A stretch of DNA of 63,276 bases, filler included, from Lenisia limosa (Eukaryota; Protista; Breviatea), in the NCBI GenBank assembly GCA_001655205.1. It is 20 parts of 20 records of this genome, joined end to end, with 100 filler letters (N's around TTAATTAATTAA, not from the genome) between each part and the next. Parts side by side here need not be neighbours in the genome. Positions count along the whole stretch, not along the records: positions 59,514 to 61,589 come from LPNZ01001168.1; positions 61,690 to 63,276 come from LPNZ01002238.1; 18 more parts are not named here. One strand, written 5' to 3'. Both the position numbers and the translations under genes were made by a program. Position 1 is the stretch's first letter. Each line of letters begins with the position of its first letter. Below are positions 61,111-63,276 of this stretch, one piece after another. Below the pieces are notes generated by a model. That model was not told the origin of the DNA. It saw nothing but the letters and a program-made list of their open reading frames with translations, and searched no databases.

Positions 61111-63120
61111 CTAAATATGGTAAGCGAGGAAAATGCTAAATATGGAAAGTGTGACAGGAAAAAGAAAGTATTATTAACTCGAGGATTTATTGACAGTTCT
61201 TAATTTTGAAAACACAGTCGAACCCAAAGAAGCTCTAACCCCCCCTTCACCAAGAGAGCCCACCAATCACACTCACTAGATTCATATTTTTTATAAAAGA
61301 ACAGCAATCATGGGACCCTAACAACCACCCAAATACCTCCAAACCCCAAAACACACAGGAAAGCTCTTCAGTGATTCAAATCAGAATTGTAATTTGAATC
61401 CAACAATAGTATCTGGCCCCCAGGGCTTCACTTCGGCTCGGGAAAATATCGATAGTTTTCGAAGATTAAATGAGAAATTCAAGACTTTTATCACTTTTTG
61501 TTCATAAATGTGAACTATCATTTTCCATGTAGTGATATGATACCTCATATCCACTCGTTTGATAATTAACCGACAAGTCCCCCCCCCCCNNNNNNNNNNN
61601 NNNNNNNNNNNNNNNNNNNNNNNNNNNNNNNNNTTAATTAATTAANNNNNNNNNNNNNNNNNNNNNNNNNNNNNNNNNNNNNNNNNNNNACATCTGCATA
61701 GTATACTATACTATCATGAGAGAAATGGACCTGCAGTCTCATAAAAGGTCCTTCACTCTTCCTGTATCAAAAAACCACAAAAATTTATCGAGGATTTCTC
61801 GAGGATTTCTCGAAGATTCAGTCTTGAAATAGAAACGATGACTCCCGACTCCAGTTGAACCGTCGGATCTTCATGATCCGTTTCAATAGAGATTTTATCT
61901 TTATGAACCTAGGTACAATAGTGACTAGGGCTTCACTTCGGAAATATTAATAGTTTTCGATTTATCTAAGAATTCAGTCTATTTTCGAACCGAAGTAAAA
62001 CCCTATACAACGTTCCGTTACCATAATCCCTTTCTGGAGTATCATCATGAAGGTTTCACTTCAGTTCAAAAAAAAACTGAATTTCTCGATAAATCCTCGA
62101 AAACTATCGATATTTTACATGTCTTTCACGAAGTGAAGCCCTAAGTAACACTTTTTACGATGATTCTCTCTGATTGAGTCTCTTTGCGCCACTTCTAACT
62201 TTTTGTAGCGACCGGGGGAAATTGTGGCACGGCAAAGGAACCCTATATCCTCAGCTCCAGGCCTGAACAACGTGAGAGGGGAGAGTGGGGGATTGGATAC
62301 TTTGGGTGAGTCCCAAAAAAGACTGAAATTCTCGATAAATCCTCGAAAAATATTGATATTTTAACGGTTTTTTCAGACCATAGGGGAAGCCCTAGGGGGG
62401 GGTGGGTAGTAAAAGTGGACAATTTATTGTAAAAAAAAGGCTAAATAATGATGTCAGTTTTCACCCTCCCCTCACCAGAATGTTCAACCCCCTCAGCCCA
62501 CCAGCCAACTCAGCCACTCTCTACCCTCGCTGAAGTACCTCGTCCCCAAAAGGCTCTAATGTACAAGTATATTGGAAGAGTANNNNNNNNNNNNNNNNNN
62601 NNNNNNNNNNNNNNNNNNNNNNNNNNNNNNNNNNNNNNNNNNNNNNNNNNNNNNNNNNNNNNNNNNNNNNNNNNNNNNNNNNNNNNNNNNNNNNNNNNNN
62701 TTGGACTAAACACACAAACATGTTTTAATTCGCATCACATGACCACACAAATATATTTTCATTCGCATTACACAAACTTGTTTTCCTTCGCATTTTTTTG
62801 CCAAGTAAGAACATGTCTTCATTAATAATGCAGGATTATAACGACTTGGATAGGACTGCATACTCAACTTCGCTCAACATGACCCCAGTATGTTATGGAG
62901 ATTGTTAGAGAAAAGACCGGTTAAATATCGATATTTTATCGAGGATATATCGAGAAATGCAGTCTTTTTGGGACTGTAGGGAAACCCTGGTTATAAAACA
63001 TACCTCCAAACTATTATGGGGCTTTTTTGAGTGATAAAGAAACAAAAGGACTGAGTTTCTCGATGAATCCTCAAACACTATCGCTATTTTCGGTCTTTTT
63101 TGAACCGAAGTGAAGCCGTA
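60486..63120. mobile_element. MITE-A cluster (about 60486-60561, 60848-60945, 61421-61490, 61775-61830, 61926-62005, 62051-62143, 62300-62393, 62905-62990, 63040-63120)
   Basis: Nine complete or partial copies across two scaffolds. Both subfamilies are present. Confidence 0.85.
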
Positions 63121-63276
63121 GTTATACACAATAGCCGCATGATGTTATCTTTATGTTATATTGGGGAGGCACGCAGAAAGCTGTGCACTTGTAGGGCAAA
63201 TGATTGGGTGAACTAATTTTTTTCTCATTGCTATATTTTATGGGGAGTACTAATGTATCCACAACCCCCCCCCCCC

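Noticed and set aside
5812-61689. Recurrent TTAATTAATTAA as a biological repeat, and any gene-neighbourhood or operon-like argument across it
   Set aside because: Always embedded in 44+44 N. It is a six-frame-stop concatenation linker, so neighbouring segments are unlinked.
60486-63120. CRISPR-like array of palindromic repeats
   Set aside because: Units are ~95-nt TIR elements with irregular spacing, mixed orientation and dispersed copies in spliceosomal introns. No cas genes; eukaryotic context.
3490-63276. ORFs in the six-frame track that run through X stretches, and most other short ORFs
   Set aside because: They are open only because N is untranslatable, or they are intron read-through or antisense shadows of real exons.
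1-63276. tRNA, rRNA or snRNA genes
   Set aside because: No cloverleaf with A/B boxes and no rRNA or full snRNA-like sequence recognised by eye. A tRNAscan/Infernal run would be needed to exclude them formally.

Overview
Eukaryotic draft-assembly window, not one locus. It holds 20 short scaffolds joined by an artificial 100-nt linker (44 N + TTAATTAATTAA + 44 N), plus many internal N gaps that usually start at poly-G or poly-C runs. The source is an intron-rich, AT-rich microbial eukaryote using GT-AG introns and the standard code, probably flagellated (radial-spoke RSPH4/6 gene). Genes reconstructed by hand-splicing: RanBP2-zinc-finger/FxF protein, MAP3K, PH-domain protein, EFL1, kinesin, alpha/beta-hydrolase lipase, myristoylated EF-hand protein, VPS10/sortilin, Cys-rich TM pseudogene, RSPH4/6, CCDC12/Cwf18, CHY zinc finger, ceramide glucosyltransferase, and three intron-containing pogo-like transposase sequences. 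The most unusual signal is in the introns. A ~130-150-nt repeat (here IE-1), and a second cassette (IE-2) with the same terminus, recur in unrelated genes. They are almost always in the sense orientation and usually end at the 3' splice AG. They sometimes stack head-to-tail with the best copy next to the exon, and the few inverted copies start at the 5' splice site. This looks like an introner-like element that supplies or replaces splice-site ends. It coexists with very small introns (21-47 nt), locally duplicated acceptors and a dense TA-flanked MITE population. All gene models are manual and not checked against transcripts or databases.
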